Virus record (IMG/VR): IMGVR_UViG_3300032259_000006
Location: 1-48,434 of that record
Length of the DNA: 48,434 bases
Reading direction: 5' to 3' (one strand)
Origin: a virus
Lineage: Duplodnaviria; Caudoviricetes
A model generated the notes under the pieces. That model saw only the letters and a list, made by a program, of their open reading frames with translations, was not told the origin of the DNA and did no database searches. Shown here in pieces: positions 33,984-44,784 of the stretch; position 1 is the stretch's first letter, and each line of letters opens with the position of its first letter. The position numbers and the translations under genes are program-made.

Positions 33984-36442
33984 GCGCTGACGCGCAAGGG
34001 GGAGCGCAGCTTCGCGTGAATCGGGAGCACATCCAGCGCCATATCGAACTGCTATTCGGCTACATATCAAGCGGCTGGCTGTCGATCCGTTCGTTCGGCG
34101 AAGAGGGTACGCCCTCCAAGCATGAGCCGGGCGCGTTTCGTTGGGTGGAGCTGGATGGCGATTGCAGCGCTGCGGTGGCCGCCGCTATCGAGATCGCAGA
34201 GCGGAATGCTGGCACCGACTTTGCCACCTACATCATCCCCTTCCCGTGTCGCGCGCGGGGCGCAGGCGGGCACAGCGACATCACAGAGGCCGCGGCAATC
34301 ATTGCCGACTTCGACTGCGCCCAGCCGGCAGCCGCGCTACAGAAGGCCGCGCAGTGGCTTGGCGCGCCGGCAATGGTGGTCGCCTCGGGTGGCGTCACGG
34401 CAGATGGCGAACGTAAGCTTCACGCTTACTGGTCGCTGGACAAGCCGGCCGAGGACATCGATGCCGTTGCCAACATGCAGCACGTGTTGGCCCTGAAAAC
34501 CGGAGGCGATGTTCACTTCGGCCGCGGCCGCGCGCACCAGCCGATCCGTATCGCCGGGTCCATCCACGGGAAGGGCGGCACGCAGCGCGCATGCGAGATA
34601 TTGAGCGTTGCCGACACGGAGTTGACGCTTGAGCAGGCCACGGCCGCCATCGAGCAAATGCCCGAGCGGGAAGGGGTTGCGGCGCCGATGACGGCGGAGG
34701 CCGCGCGAGGCGATGGCGGGGTTTACATGATCGCCCAAGGGGCTGACGGGCTGTTTGATTTCAGCGCGAAGCCGCCGCCGTGCATCGAGCAGCACTTGAC
34801 CATACCAGTGCATGCCGGCGGCGAACCGGACGGACGGACGCGGTTCACAGCGACAACCGCCGTGATCGGCTTCTACTTGCGCCAAGTTTCCGACGGAACG
34901 ATTTCAAGAACTGACGCATGGGAGCAGGTTGTTGGCTGGAACTTGGCCATGTCCAAGCCACCGATGGACGCCGAAAAACTCAAGCGCGAGTTCTCCGCCT
35001 TGGAGCGGCGCGAAGCCGACGCCGCCGCCAGACGCGCCGAGCAGCGCGCCAAGGCCACGTCAACCGCACCCGTAGCGTTCGCCGCTCCAGCGCCGTCGGA
35101 CGAGACTCCGGGTGCGCCCGGCGCCGTGGTGCCATTCCCGACAAAGCCCGGCGCGGACGACGGCCCGCCGGAAAACGTTCTACTCAGGTGGGCGGCTTAC
35201 CAATGGGTGCTCGGCGAGCCGCCGCCGCGCGAGTTTCTGGTCAAAGGACTGGTGCCGGCAAAGCAATTGCAGGTTCTCGCTGCCGATGGCGGTGTCGGCA
35301 AGAGCACGTTGGCCCTGAGCCTTGCCATGCAAGTGGCCGCGGCCGGCAACACAAACCCGGCCTATTCAGATAAGCGCCTAGCGTGGCTGGGCGAGCAGGT
35401 CGTCCAAGGCGGCACGGCCGTGGTGCTGACCGCCGAGGATGATGCTGACGAAGTGTGGCGCCGACTGCGCAGCTTGGACGATGACGGCGCCACGCTGATC
35501 CGCCGCGCCGGCCCGCGCCTGATCGTGCTGCCACTACTCGACTTCTGCGGCGGATCGTTCCCGTTGGTCCGGGTTGCGCCAGACGGGACAGAGATGCCGA
35601 CAGCACAATTCCATCGCCTGCTTGGGTTGCTGCAACAGATCGAAGACCTTGCGCTAGTGGTGATCGACACTCTGGCCAGCACCCTGCACGGCAGCGAAAA
35701 CGACGGTGCGGTTATTCAGCAATGGATGCGCGCGGCGAACAAGATCAACACCTTGGACGCCGCCGTGATGATCGTCCACCACACCCGGAAAGCCGGCATG
35801 GAGCCTGTGCGCAACGCGGTGCAAATGCGCGAGAGCGTTCGCGGCAGCACTGCCATCTTGAATTCCGTCCGCGCGGCGCTCGGCGTGTGGCCGGCAACCG
35901 ACTTCAAAACGCGAATGAAAAGTATGGGGCTGGAGCCGCGAGCTGGCGCCTGCTACCGGATGGCGGTGATCAAGGCCAACAATCCAGAAATGTCGAAGTT
36001 CACAAAAACGCTTCTGCGCGAAGATGACGGGTCATTCCGCGACGTGAGCATGAGCGACGAAACGCGCGGCCGATCCGATACGGAAACGGGGGCATGGCTT
36101 GTCGCTGCCATCGAGCACGCCGCCGCCAATGGCGCCCCGCTCACGAAGAGCGGCCAGCATGGCGTGTTCCAGCGCAAGAGCGAGATGCACTCATGCCTGC
36201 GCCACCTGCCGCGGCGTGCGGTCGATGAGCTGCTTGACGATGTGATGGCCGCGAAGAAGGTTGTTCGCACCGCGACCGGCGCGCTTGATGTGCCTGACGG
36301 GCGATACGCGGCCGGGCTAGACAAAGACCGCGCCTCTGGCGGGTACTCGCCGCCGACGTGGGGCAGTTACTACTATGACGTGGACATCGACGCCGTAATC
36401 GAGGACTTCACTGCCGGCGTCCCTTCCGGCAGCGAGGATTGA
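33980..36442 (+). CDS. Primase-helicase (RepB'-type primase plus AAA_25/RepA-like helicase)
   Basis: ADFD, VVASGG, KLHAYW, PIRIAGS; then ADGGVGKS, TAEDD, VVIDTL, IVHHTRK, RGSTA. Confidence 0.9.
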   Translation: MSADAQGGAQLRVNREHIQRHIELLFGYISSGWLSIRSFGEEGTPSKHEPGAFRWVELDGDCSAAVAAAIEIAERNAGTDFATYIIPFPCRARGAGGHSDITEAAAIIADFDCAQPAAALQKAAQWLGAPAMVVASGGVTADGERKLHAYWSLDKPAEDIDAVANMQHVLALKTGGDVHFGRGRAHQPIRIAGSIHGKGGTQRACEILSVADTELTLEQATAAIEQMPEREGVAAPMTAEAARGDGGVYMIAQGADGLFDFSAKPPPCIEQHLTIPVHAGGEPDGRTRFTATTAVIGFYLRQVSDGTISRTDAWEQVVGWNLAMSKPPMDAEKLKREFSALERREADAAARRAEQRAKATSTAPVAFAAPAPSDETPGAPGAVVPFPTKPGADDGPPENVLLRWAAYQWVLGEPPPREFLVKGLVPAKQLQVLAADGGVGKSTLALSLAMQVAAAGNTNPAYSDKRLAWLGEQVVQGGTAVVLTAEDDADEVWRRLRSLDDDGATLIRRAGPRLIVLPLLDFCGGSFPLVRVAPDGTEMPTAQFHRLLGLLQQIEDLALVVIDTLASTLHGSENDGAVIQQWMRAANKINTLDAAVMIVHHTRKAGMEPVRNAVQMRESVRGSTAILNSVRAALGVWPATDFKTRMKSMGLEPRAGACYRMAVIKANNPEMSKFTKTLLREDDGSFRDVSMSDETRGRSDTETGAWLVAAIEHAAANGAPLTKSGQHGVFQRKSEMHSCLRHLPRRAVDELLDDVMAAKKVVRTATGALDVPDGRYAAGLDKDRASGGYSPPTWGSYYYDVDIDAVIEDFTAGVPSGSED

Positions 36443-36452
36443 ATGGCGGCCG

Positions 36453-39400
36453 TCAGAATCGAACCGCGCCCTTGAGTTCATCCGCCAGCGACGCCGACAA
36501 GGCCATGCCCCCCTCGGCGCGCTCGCTGTACCGCTCACGGGCGCGGATCGACTGGCGGATCTTCTTATCAGGGCTTTCGCCCAGCGCCTCACGCAGCCGC
36601 ATGCGCGCCTCCCGATAGGCGGCCATGTCCCCGGCCATCTTGGCCAGCGCGGCAGCATTCAGAAGGCGCCGGCGCCGGTCGAGAATTCTGGACTCGTAAA
36701 GCCGCAGAGAGCTGTTGCGGTCGTACCTGTGCGAAACCCGATCCGGCGTTATGCCCATTGACTGCAAGGCGGTTTCCCAGCCTGAAATATCATCGACAAG
36801 CGGATCGCCACGGTAAGTATTCACGCCTTCGCTGGCGTACCGAATGGCGCGCAGCGCGTCACGGAACACCTTCGGCACCATCTTCTCGATCCCGCGCTCA
36901 ACCTCGCCATCATTGATCATTGACGCGCCAATGGCGCCGTTGGCAACAATGCCGAAGCCGGGGCCGGCGATAGTCTCCAGCCAGTATGCCGACAAGTCGC
37001 GACCCTCCAAATCCCTGTCAGGCGACCGGAACCAAAGCGAGTCCAGCGACACGCGGCTGTGAATATCGCCGCCGGTCGCCACGTTCAGCAGGCCGTGCGT
37101 AATCGCCCGCCCGCCCGTCTCGCCGGCAATGTCAGCGATGAAGTTCTGGTATTCGGTAGCAAAGTCGTATTCTTCGTCATCGTCGCCGAAGGCCGAGGCC
37201 GCGGCGTTGGCGACCATAGCCACCACGCCGAACAGCGGTAGCCCAGTCGTGCCGGCAGCGATGGCGTGCATGCCGAGCACACCAGTCAGCAGCCGCCGCG
37301 CTTGGGCGCGCTCCGCCTTCGTGTCGCCCTTGAATGACTTGTACAGGTTTCGCCACAGCAGGTAGCTCATGTTCAGGCTGTATTGCCGGAACATGAGCAG
37401 CACTTTCGCGGCGTTGCCTTGCATAAACCGCGCGCGGTTTGCGTTCTGGTAATCGAAGTGCGATTCATAGGTTGCGTCTCGCGCGTAGTCGATGGCCGCT
37501 TCGTGCTTCATGCCGGACTGCCTTGCCAGTCGGTAGGCGGCGACAGAAGTCACCTCGCGGTTCGCCACCTCGGCATGATGGAACAGGAACCCGACCGCCC
37601 GCATTGTTTTCTGCACACCGGGGCGGTAAGTGTCCATGTCGTTCTCGCTGGCGCCGGCAAGGTCCATTGTCATAGTTCTGTCGATGACGCCCTCGGCCTC
37701 AAGCTGCTCATAGGCCGCGCGCTCTTCGGCGTTCAGGCTGGCACGAATGTCGCCCTTGCCCTTGCTGTAGCCCTTGAGCGCCCTTGTCAGCTCGCGCGAC
37801 GTGCGCCGGAAGCCGAACTTTGATCCGATGACCGGCAGGGCGACAAGCGGCGTTTGGGTCAGGTTGACCAATGCTGCCGCCGGGGTGACGCCGAGATACC
37901 ACGCGAAGTTGGTGCTGGAAACCGTCGATACCCATCCGGCATTGCGCGGCTCCATGATCCATTGGTGCCGCTTGAGCATTTCGTTGAAGTAGTCCGCCGC
38001 GGCGTTGGCGTTCTCGTCGTTTTCGCCGGACATGCCCTTGACGTGATCTTTCATCTCCGACAGCGCACGCTCCAGCTTGTCGCTGTGCCGCAGGCGGCTG
38101 AATGCGAAGCTGCCGTGGAATGCTTGTTTCGCGAAGGCGCGCATGGCCTCGTTGCTGTAGCCGGCCCGCCCGGACCGGTGGATGAACTGCTTACGCACGC
38201 TCACATCCGGCATCGTGGTCAGCCACATCTGGTATACCTGATCTTTCACTTCCTCGGCAGCCTTGCCGCCACCGGATTCGTCGAGGATCTTTGTCACCTC
38301 GTTGACGAAGCCCGACGAAGCACTTACCAGCCCGGTCGATTGATCCAGCTTCTTACCGGAGCCTTCAATCTTCGCGCCCTGCTTTTTCAGCGCATCAATC
38401 GCGCGACGCTGGTCGGTCGGCGATTCGTACATCGTGAATAGCTTTTCACCGTCGGCATCGATTGCCGACACCCAATAGTCACCGAATCGAGCCAGCGGGA
38501 AATATGGGCCTTGAACTTTGGCGACCTCGAAGTGCAGGCGCAGCCGCTCCTTCATTGCTGTCTTGGCATTCTCGCTGCCTTCGATGCGATCAATGCGCGC
38601 CATTAGTTCTTCTTCCATGTCCGCTTGGCGTCGCACGTAAGCGTCGCGCACCTTGCGGTAAAGAACATGCGCCTCGCCATTGGTGTCGCGGCCAAGCTTC
38701 TCCCACCGCGCGCGAAGCCGGGCATACTCGCCCTTGCGCATCGGCGCCCGCGCGACGGCTTGTTCCAGTGATTTCAGCGTTGCGGCCTCATCGGCAGTTA
38801 GCTCTTTCTTGGCCTTGGCCCTGCCGTGAATCTTCTTGATCTTGGCCTTTAGCGCCACCACGTTGGCCGGCGCGAACGGCTTATCAGGGTCGATGCCGGC
38901 CAGCGTTGCATCGTGCATAAGGCCAGCCAGATCATCGCGAACAGCCTTGAACTTATTATTGAAGTCCCCCCATTCCGACGCGATCTTGTGCGCCTCATCC
39001 TGATAGCGCTTGCGGTCTGCAAACATCCGGTTCGCCACCGCGATGTACTCCTTGACCTGCGGCAGAATCTTCTGGCTTACGTCGCCGATGTGGCGCAGGC
39101 CAAGCAGCCCAAGCCACACAGACCGCAGCTTATCCGGTAGCGCGCGCAGCCTCTCCGCAGAGATCGCAGGCACGCTTTTGACCGCACTCTCTACCGCGTC
39201 AATCGTTCTTTGCCGATTCGATTCGCTGGAAGCGCCGCCACGGGAGAACAGCGCATCGGAAACGGGGCCGGCCACGCCGCCGCGCGAGAACGCAATGCGC
39301 GGATCGGCCGGGTCGAACGTGCCGCGGTTGCCGATGGCCGACTTGACCTGTGTCGGCTCGAAGGCGATGTAATGCACCGTGTTCTCGTCCATGCCCGGCA

Positions 39401-42400
39401 TTGCTTTACCGCGCACCCTCTCACTGCCGAATTTCCGGTTTACTGTGTAGTCAATGAACCCGTCAAAGCCTATTGCGGCAAAGGCGCGGCGGATCAGTTC
39501 CTTCGATACCAGCTTGCCGTCCTCGTCCGTTACATCGGCAAAATAGCCGTCAGACTCAAGGCTGCTGATAATCTCTTCGGCGGTTAATTCTTCACTGTCA
39601 CTTAATAGGTTCGCCAGCGTTTTATCGGCGTCAGCCTGAAAGACATCCTCAGATTCAAGTTCCTCGCGCAGCGCTGCCGCGAAATCAATAAGGCTTCCGC
39701 CTTCATCAATAATGTCGCCATCCTCGTCTTCTGTGTATTCGCGATCAAGGGTAGTCGGGTTATCGCCGCCAATCTCCACCGGGTTTTTAATCGAGAGATA
39801 AACCGGCATAGTTGCGCCTTCGTTGTCCATCATGGACTTCTTGGCCAGCGCCATCGCCGCGTCCTCGTCGTAATATTCCCCGGTTTCTTCGTCGATCTCA
39901 TTTTGCAGCCGCTCGGCTTCCAGCTCTATCTTCATCGACATATCCGGCCCCTCGCCTGCGTAGTTGTTGGCCACGTCGCCGCGCTCTGTCGTGAAATAGA
40001 AGCCCGCCCCCAAGTCGCTTTCCGGGTTTGAGTGCCTGCGGTCGAACGCCTCGAAGTTGCTGCCCGTGCCGTGGTACACCACTCGCGGCTCGCCATTTAT
40101 ATCGACAACCTTCGAGTCACCGAACCACCGCTTGAAGGCGGGGGTTTCAGTCACCGGCGGCGTGTCTTGGCGCATGATGCTCGGGTCGCCTGAGTCGAAC
40201 GTGCCGCGGGTGCCAACGGCCGACTTAATTTGGGTTGGCTCGAAGGCGATAACAGTGTCAGCAGCGATTTGACTGGAGTCAGCCACAGGCGCGTCTCTGA
40301 CGTTTCGGACCAAAACCCCGTCATATCCAAGTTTTCGCGCAAGCTTCGCTAAGGAGTCTGCGTCTGTCGCGTCGCCGATAGACTCAAGCGTGCTTCCGTC
40401 GATTGAAGCGCGCCTCTTCCGGACGGTCCTTGGCTTGGCGTCCTCAAAGAGTTCTGCGAGAAGCCCGTCGGTCGCCCGGTCCCCCGAAACCCGCTGCTGG
40501 TACAGCTTCTCAGTTTCGCGGCCATACACGGGCGCGTCGCCGTCGAGATTCGCCCAGTACCGGCCCTGCGCATCCACAATAAGCGGGTTTTTCAGCGCGA
40601 CATAAGAGGCGTACACATCCTCGCCGTACTGCTGCGCCACGTCGCGGGACGTTGAGAAATACGCGCCGCCACGTTCGCCGCGCGTGTCAAAGGTTTGGAA
40701 AGATTCTGCGGAGTACGCATTCGCATTGGTCCCGTGGTATACCACCAGCGGCTTGCCATTTTCATCGACAACCTCCGAGTCACCAAACCACCGCTTGAAC
40801 TCTTGGGTTTCAGTGACTTCGGTGGTGCCGTCCGACGAATACAGCGGGTGGCCTTCTGGGAAGGCTTCCGGGTTGCGCTTGGCTTGGGCGCGAATGTAGG
40901 TTTCAGAGTCGGCAAGAAGCTGATCGATCTCCGCTGACTTGAAGGTTTTGCGGAAACCGGCAGCCTTGAGCCACCTGCGGACAGCGGCGCGCACGCGGCT
41001 GATAAGCCTGCGCACCGTGCTTGAGTGCGCCCTGTGCTCCGCGATGTGCGCGATGATCTCCTGAACCCGCTCCTTTCCCTTGATGCCGGGATAGTTCTTG
41101 TCCACCGCGGCAGCCGCAGCGGTCACGCTGGCATCGCCGTTGGCTTCCAGTTCCCGGATCGTTTCCGTTATTCCCGCGAAGTCACCGGCAAGAACCGCCT
41201 CGACGCCGTAGTGCCCGATCAGCTCATGCGCAAGCACCACCTCGGCCTCTGCGCGCGATCCGATGTTCTGCGCGACAAGGTAAACCTTCCCGTCGTAGAG
41301 CATGCCGCGCGCGTCACTCGGCGCATTGTCAACCGGCAGATCGGCAGGGGTGGCGACCACCTCAACGGGCACATCACCGGCGATCTTTACCGCCATCTTG
41401 GCCAGCGCTGCCCGCGACATGCCGCCGGCAGCCTTGGAATCGTTGCGAGAAAATGAAATCCGCGGGTCCGCCGGGTCGAATGCGCCAGAGTTTTTATCGG
41501 CACCCGCTACCGGCTCCCCAGTGACGCGGGAGCGCACTTGCCCATTGATTGCAGACTTGGCCTGCGTTGGCTCGAAGAACGCATAGATCGTTGTTGGTGC
41601 GGTGCGGAGCCCGTCAAGACCTTCGTTGTAATGATCGCGCACGTTGTAGATGATGACGCCATCATGCCCTGCCGCGCGCGCCTCTTCGATCTTCTCTTCC
41701 GTTCCTCTCCAGCGTTGGCCCTTGCCGTTCACCCGCAGCGGATTCTTTATCGAAAGATACATCGGGACAACGCCGGGCTCGGCGTTCTGGTAATCGAACG
41801 CCCTTTCGTGGACGGCGTAACTGTTGGCCGTGGCCGAGTCTTTCGCGGCGAAAAACACGCTGCCGCGAGAGAATGCCTTAAACCCTTCGGAGAAGATCCC
41901 GCGCATGTCCGGCGCACCGTGGTGAACCACCAGCGGCTTGCCGAAGCTGTCGACAACCTTGGAATCGCCGAACCATCGCTTGAATTCAGGGGTTTCAGTG
42001 ACATCGGCGCCACTGCGAGAAAACAGCTTCGCGCCCTTGGCCGCGTCGCGCAAAGCCTTGCCGTCGTTCTTCTTGGCTGCGGGCTTCTTCTTTGGCGCCG
42101 CCTTCTTGGCAGGCTTGGGCTTGGCTTCTGCGTCAGGCGCGCTCTGCTTTGCAGCCGGCGCGGGATCGGGCTTTGCGGCCGGCTCCGCCTTTTCTTTCCC
42201 GCCTGCCGCGTCCCGCTGATTCAGCAGCGCCTCGCGCATGACCACGCCAAGTTCGCCGAAGGGCTTCTTGGCAGCATTCTTCGCCGCGCGGCCAACGGCA
42301 CCGCCAGCATTCGACCACCCGGCCTGCGCGACAGCTTCCGCGCGCTGATCTGCGGGCATGGCGTCCCACCACGCCGCGGCCGGGGCCGGCGCTTCGGCGG

Positions 42401-44738
42401 GGTCGATGCCGTCAATTGTCGTACCGTCGCCCAGCGCGTTCTGGAAACCGTTGCGGCGCAGGGTGATCGCCTTGCCGCTGGCTGCCGCCGCCGGCTTCCC
42501 GGTTGCGTCAAGATCGGCGACAGGGGACGCGGTGACAACCGGCTCCCCGTCCCGCTGGTCGATGCCGTCAATGCGGTATCGGCGCCCGCCGGTATCGAAC
42601 ACGTCGCCAGCCTTCGGCGCGCGCGACGGAGCCCCGGACCCTTTCCCAATGGTCGGTGCGGGAATGCCGCTTGATGCTTCCGCCTCGGCGGCAGGCGCCG
42701 GCTCGGGCGTCGGTTCTGGCGTCGGCGAAACATCTTTCGGCGCAGGAGATTCGGCCACGGCCTTTGCCGCCGCCGCGCGCCGGATCGGCTCGGCATAGGC
42801 GTCCTCGATTTCGGTGCCGCTTTGATCGGTGTAGACGCCCGGCTCATCCGTCGCGGCAACCTGCTCACCGCTCGCGAGGGTATGTGTCGGCGTGAAGTCT
42901 GGCGCAGCCGGAGCGGCTTCTTGCGCTGCGGCGGGGGCAGGCGCCTCGGCAGGCGGCTGAGTCGGAGTCTTGGCGACAGGCGGCGCTTGCGGTACGTCGG
43001 GGACCGCGGGCGCTGCATCCTGAGTTTCTTGCGTCTGCGGCGCGGTGACAACGCCAAAGCCGTTGCCGACCGGCACCACCTGCGGCGTGGCGCCAGTGCT
43101 CGCTGCGCGCTTGTAGGCCGCGGACGCTCTCGCGCCGCGCTCGCTTTTGAAGGGCTGGCCGTTGCCACGCACCTGCGGCGTCTGCGCCGCTGCGGCGCCT
43201 GCGGCCGCGACTGCCGGTGCCGGTGCCGGCGCGGCATCGGCAGCACCCGCGTCTTGTGCGGGCTGCCTCACTGGGAACGGCGGCGCCGGCCGGGCGGGCG
43301 CGTCTCCCGCTACGGCACCCGTGGCGAAGTCGACAAGGGGGGGCGACTGGGCCGGGCGGGCGGGCTGGCCCAGCGGCGGCGGTGCGCCCTCACCGGGGGC
43401 CAGTTCGACAGGCGCAGGCGTCGGCGTCGGCGCATCGAGCGAGTCTTTCATCCGTCGGGCGCCAGCGACAACCGCGTCAAGCGGGTCGCCGGAAGCCTCA
43501 AGCTGGTCTGCGATTGGATCGGGGCGCGGCGCCGCCGGCGGGGGGGGTGGGCGGCGGCTGGGGGGCTGCCTTGGCTCAAGCGGTGTGGCCGCTCCGAGCC
43601 GATCAACCAGCGGAGGCGCGTCCTGCCGGCGACGAGACACAGCACCAAGGGCGCCGCCGATCATGACGCCGCCCAAGCCTTCCGTCATGGCCGCGTTCAC
43701 AAGCCCCTCTGTGCCGCTCCGTGTCGGGTCGGCGAATTCCTGAATGGCTAGGTTCTGCGCAACCTGCTCGGAGCCGCCTTGGGCCGCCTCCTGAAGAAAC
43801 TCGGCGCCGCCACCGCGCGCCACGTTGGCCTTGACGGTCGCGCCGCCGATGCCGCGGGATAGCAGCGCTTCGGTCAGCCGGCCGCCCAAGGCGCCCAGCA
43901 TCGCTTGCGGTATGGCTGATTCCTTCATCGCAGACACGGCGGCTTGCTTGGCGAGAATGTCGCGCGCAAGGGTGGAGCGCTGCGCCTCGCTGAGTGAGGG
44001 CATGCCGTCGAGCAAGTCGCCGTAAAGCACCGAATAGGCCGGCGAGTCCATCAGGAACTTGTGGTCGTAGCTTTTGATTTCTTCTTCGATGCCGTGGCCA
44101 AGGTTGCCAAGCACCGTCGAAGTTTCTGCCGCGCCATAGGCCAGCGTGCCGGATACCTTATTCACGCTCATCATGGTCGCCGCGGCCGCCTTCTCCGCCG
44201 TCTCGCGCGTCATGCCCCGCAGCATCAGTCGCTTGACAGTGCCTTGCGCCAGCCCCTTGATCGGCCCGCCCGTGGCCACCGTGCCGGCAAGAAAGCCCAG
44301 CGCGTTGGCGCCAAGGTTTGCCCACGCGCGCGCGTCCGTCCACGCGCCGCCTGCGCTGTGCGTGCCGTCCTCGGCTTGGGTAATGAATTCTTGGCTCTGC
44401 GCCTGCTTCCACGCATCGGACTGCGTATCGCGCACCGACGCAGAGTAGTCGTAAAGGTCGGTAGCAACGCCGCGCGCCGCATCCGAATCGACCATTTCGC
44501 CGACAAGGTACGCCGTGCCGGCAAACGAATCGACGAAAGACGCGCCGACCTCATTCCCGAAATCCGCGCCGAAGCCCTGCTGCGCGGCCAGATCAAAGCC
44601 GCCCTCCAACTGGGCGGAATACTGCTGGCCATATCGCTGATTCCAGAAGGAGAGAGCTTCATCAGGCGTGAAGCCCTCCGGCCCGAGCCGTTCTCTGGCC
44701 GCGGACATAAAGGCGGACGGGCTGGGGATTTGTGCCAT
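36453..44738 (-). CDS. Giant polyvalent internal virion protein (3x ART-like, metallopeptidase, PLxRFG)
   Basis: 2761 aa. Three FKRWFGDS.VVD..G.P.VV.HG...FEPTQ.KSA modules, HELIGH (41211-41228) and YFPLARFGDY (~38490). Confidence 0.9.
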   Translation of the reverse strand: MAQIPSPSAFMSAARERLGPEGFTPDEALSFWNQRYGQQYSAQLEGGFDLAAQQGFGADFGNEVGASFVDSFAGTAYLVGEMVDSDAARGVATDLYDYSASVRDTQSDAWKQAQSQEFITQAEDGTHSAGGAWTDARAWANLGANALGFLAGTVATGGPIKGLAQGTVKRLMLRGMTRETAEKAAAATMMSVNKVSGTLAYGAAETSTVLGNLGHGIEEEIKSYDHKFLMDSPAYSVLYGDLLDGMPSLSEAQRSTLARDILAKQAAVSAMKESAIPQAMLGALGGRLTEALLSRGIGGATVKANVARGGGAEFLQEAAQGGSEQVAQNLAIQEFADPTRSGTEGLVNAAMTEGLGGVMIGGALGAVSRRRQDAPPLVDRLGAATPLEPRQPPSRRPPPPPAAPRPDPIADQLEASGDPLDAVVAGARRMKDSLDAPTPTPAPVELAPGEGAPPPLGQPARPAQSPPLVDFATGAVAGDAPARPAPPFPVRQPAQDAGAADAAPAPAPAVAAAGAAAAQTPQVRGNGQPFKSERGARASAAYKRAASTGATPQVVPVGNGFGVVTAPQTQETQDAAPAVPDVPQAPPVAKTPTQPPAEAPAPAAAQEAAPAAPDFTPTHTLASGEQVAATDEPGVYTDQSGTEIEDAYAEPIRRAAAAKAVAESPAPKDVSPTPEPTPEPAPAAEAEASSGIPAPTIGKGSGAPSRAPKAGDVFDTGGRRYRIDGIDQRDGEPVVTASPVADLDATGKPAAAASGKAITLRRNGFQNALGDGTTIDGIDPAEAPAPAAAWWDAMPADQRAEAVAQAGWSNAGGAVGRAAKNAAKKPFGELGVVMREALLNQRDAAGGKEKAEPAAKPDPAPAAKQSAPDAEAKPKPAKKAAPKKKPAAKKNDGKALRDAAKGAKLFSRSGADVTETPEFKRWFGDSKVVDSFGKPLVVHHGAPDMRGIFSEGFKAFSRGSVFFAAKDSATANSYAVHERAFDYQNAEPGVVPMYLSIKNPLRVNGKGQRWRGTEEKIEEARAAGHDGVIIYNVRDHYNEGLDGLRTAPTTIYAFFEPTQAKSAINGQVRSRVTGEPVAGADKNSGAFDPADPRISFSRNDSKAAGGMSRAALAKMAVKIAGDVPVEVVATPADLPVDNAPSDARGMLYDGKVYLVAQNIGSRAEAEVVLAHELIGHYGVEAVLAGDFAGITETIRELEANGDASVTAAAAAVDKNYPGIKGKERVQEIIAHIAEHRAHSSTVRRLISRVRAAVRRWLKAAGFRKTFKSAEIDQLLADSETYIRAQAKRNPEAFPEGHPLYSSDGTTEVTETQEFKRWFGDSEVVDENGKPLVVYHGTNANAYSAESFQTFDTRGERGGAYFSTSRDVAQQYGEDVYASYVALKNPLIVDAQGRYWANLDGDAPVYGRETEKLYQQRVSGDRATDGLLAELFEDAKPRTVRKRRASIDGSTLESIGDATDADSLAKLARKLGYDGVLVRNVRDAPVADSSQIAADTVIAFEPTQIKSAVGTRGTFDSGDPSIMRQDTPPVTETPAFKRWFGDSKVVDINGEPRVVYHGTGSNFEAFDRRHSNPESDLGAGFYFTTERGDVANNYAGEGPDMSMKIELEAERLQNEIDEETGEYYDEDAAMALAKKSMMDNEGATMPVYLSIKNPVEIGGDNPTTLDREYTEDEDGDIIDEGGSLIDFAAALREELESEDVFQADADKTLANLLSDSEELTAEEIISSLESDGYFADVTDEDGKLVSKELIRRAFAAIGFDGFIDYTVNRKFGSERVRGKAMPGMDENTVHYIAFEPTQVKSAIGNRGTFDPADPRIAFSRGGVAGPVSDALFSRGGASSESNRQRTIDAVESAVKSVPAISAERLRALPDKLRSVWLGLLGLRHIGDVSQKILPQVKEYIAVANRMFADRKRYQDEAHKIASEWGDFNNKFKAVRDDLAGLMHDATLAGIDPDKPFAPANVVALKAKIKKIHGRAKAKKELTADEAATLKSLEQAVARAPMRKGEYARLRARWEKLGRDTNGEAHVLYRKVRDAYVRRQADMEEELMARIDRIEGSENAKTAMKERLRLHFEVAKVQGPYFPLARFGDYWVSAIDADGEKLFTMYESPTDQRRAIDALKKQGAKIEGSGKKLDQSTGLVSASSGFVNEVTKILDESGGGKAAEEVKDQVYQMWLTTMPDVSVRKQFIHRSGRAGYSNEAMRAFAKQAFHGSFAFSRLRHSDKLERALSEMKDHVKGMSGENDENANAAADYFNEMLKRHQWIMEPRNAGWVSTVSSTNFAWYLGVTPAAALVNLTQTPLVALPVIGSKFGFRRTSRELTRALKGYSKGKGDIRASLNAEERAAYEQLEAEGVIDRTMTMDLAGASENDMDTYRPGVQKTMRAVGFLFHHAEVANREVTSVAAYRLARQSGMKHEAAIDYARDATYESHFDYQNANRARFMQGNAAKVLLMFRQYSLNMSYLLWRNLYKSFKGDTKAERAQARRLLTGVLGMHAIAAGTTGLPLFGVVAMVANAAASAFGDDDEEYDFATEYQNFIADIAGETGGRAITHGLLNVATGGDIHSRVSLDSLWFRSPDRDLEGRDLSAYWLETIAGPGFGIVANGAIGASMINDGEVERGIEKMVPKVFRDALRAIRYASEGVNTYRGDPLVDDISGWETALQSMGITPDRVSHRYDRNSSLRLYESRILDRRRRLLNAAALAKMAGDMAAYREARMRLREALGESPDKKIRQSIRARERYSERAEGGMALSASLADELKGAVRF

Positions 44739-44784
44739 GCTGGTTCCTGCGGGATGTTTTCGTCAGTCTATCAAAGGCGGCAGT

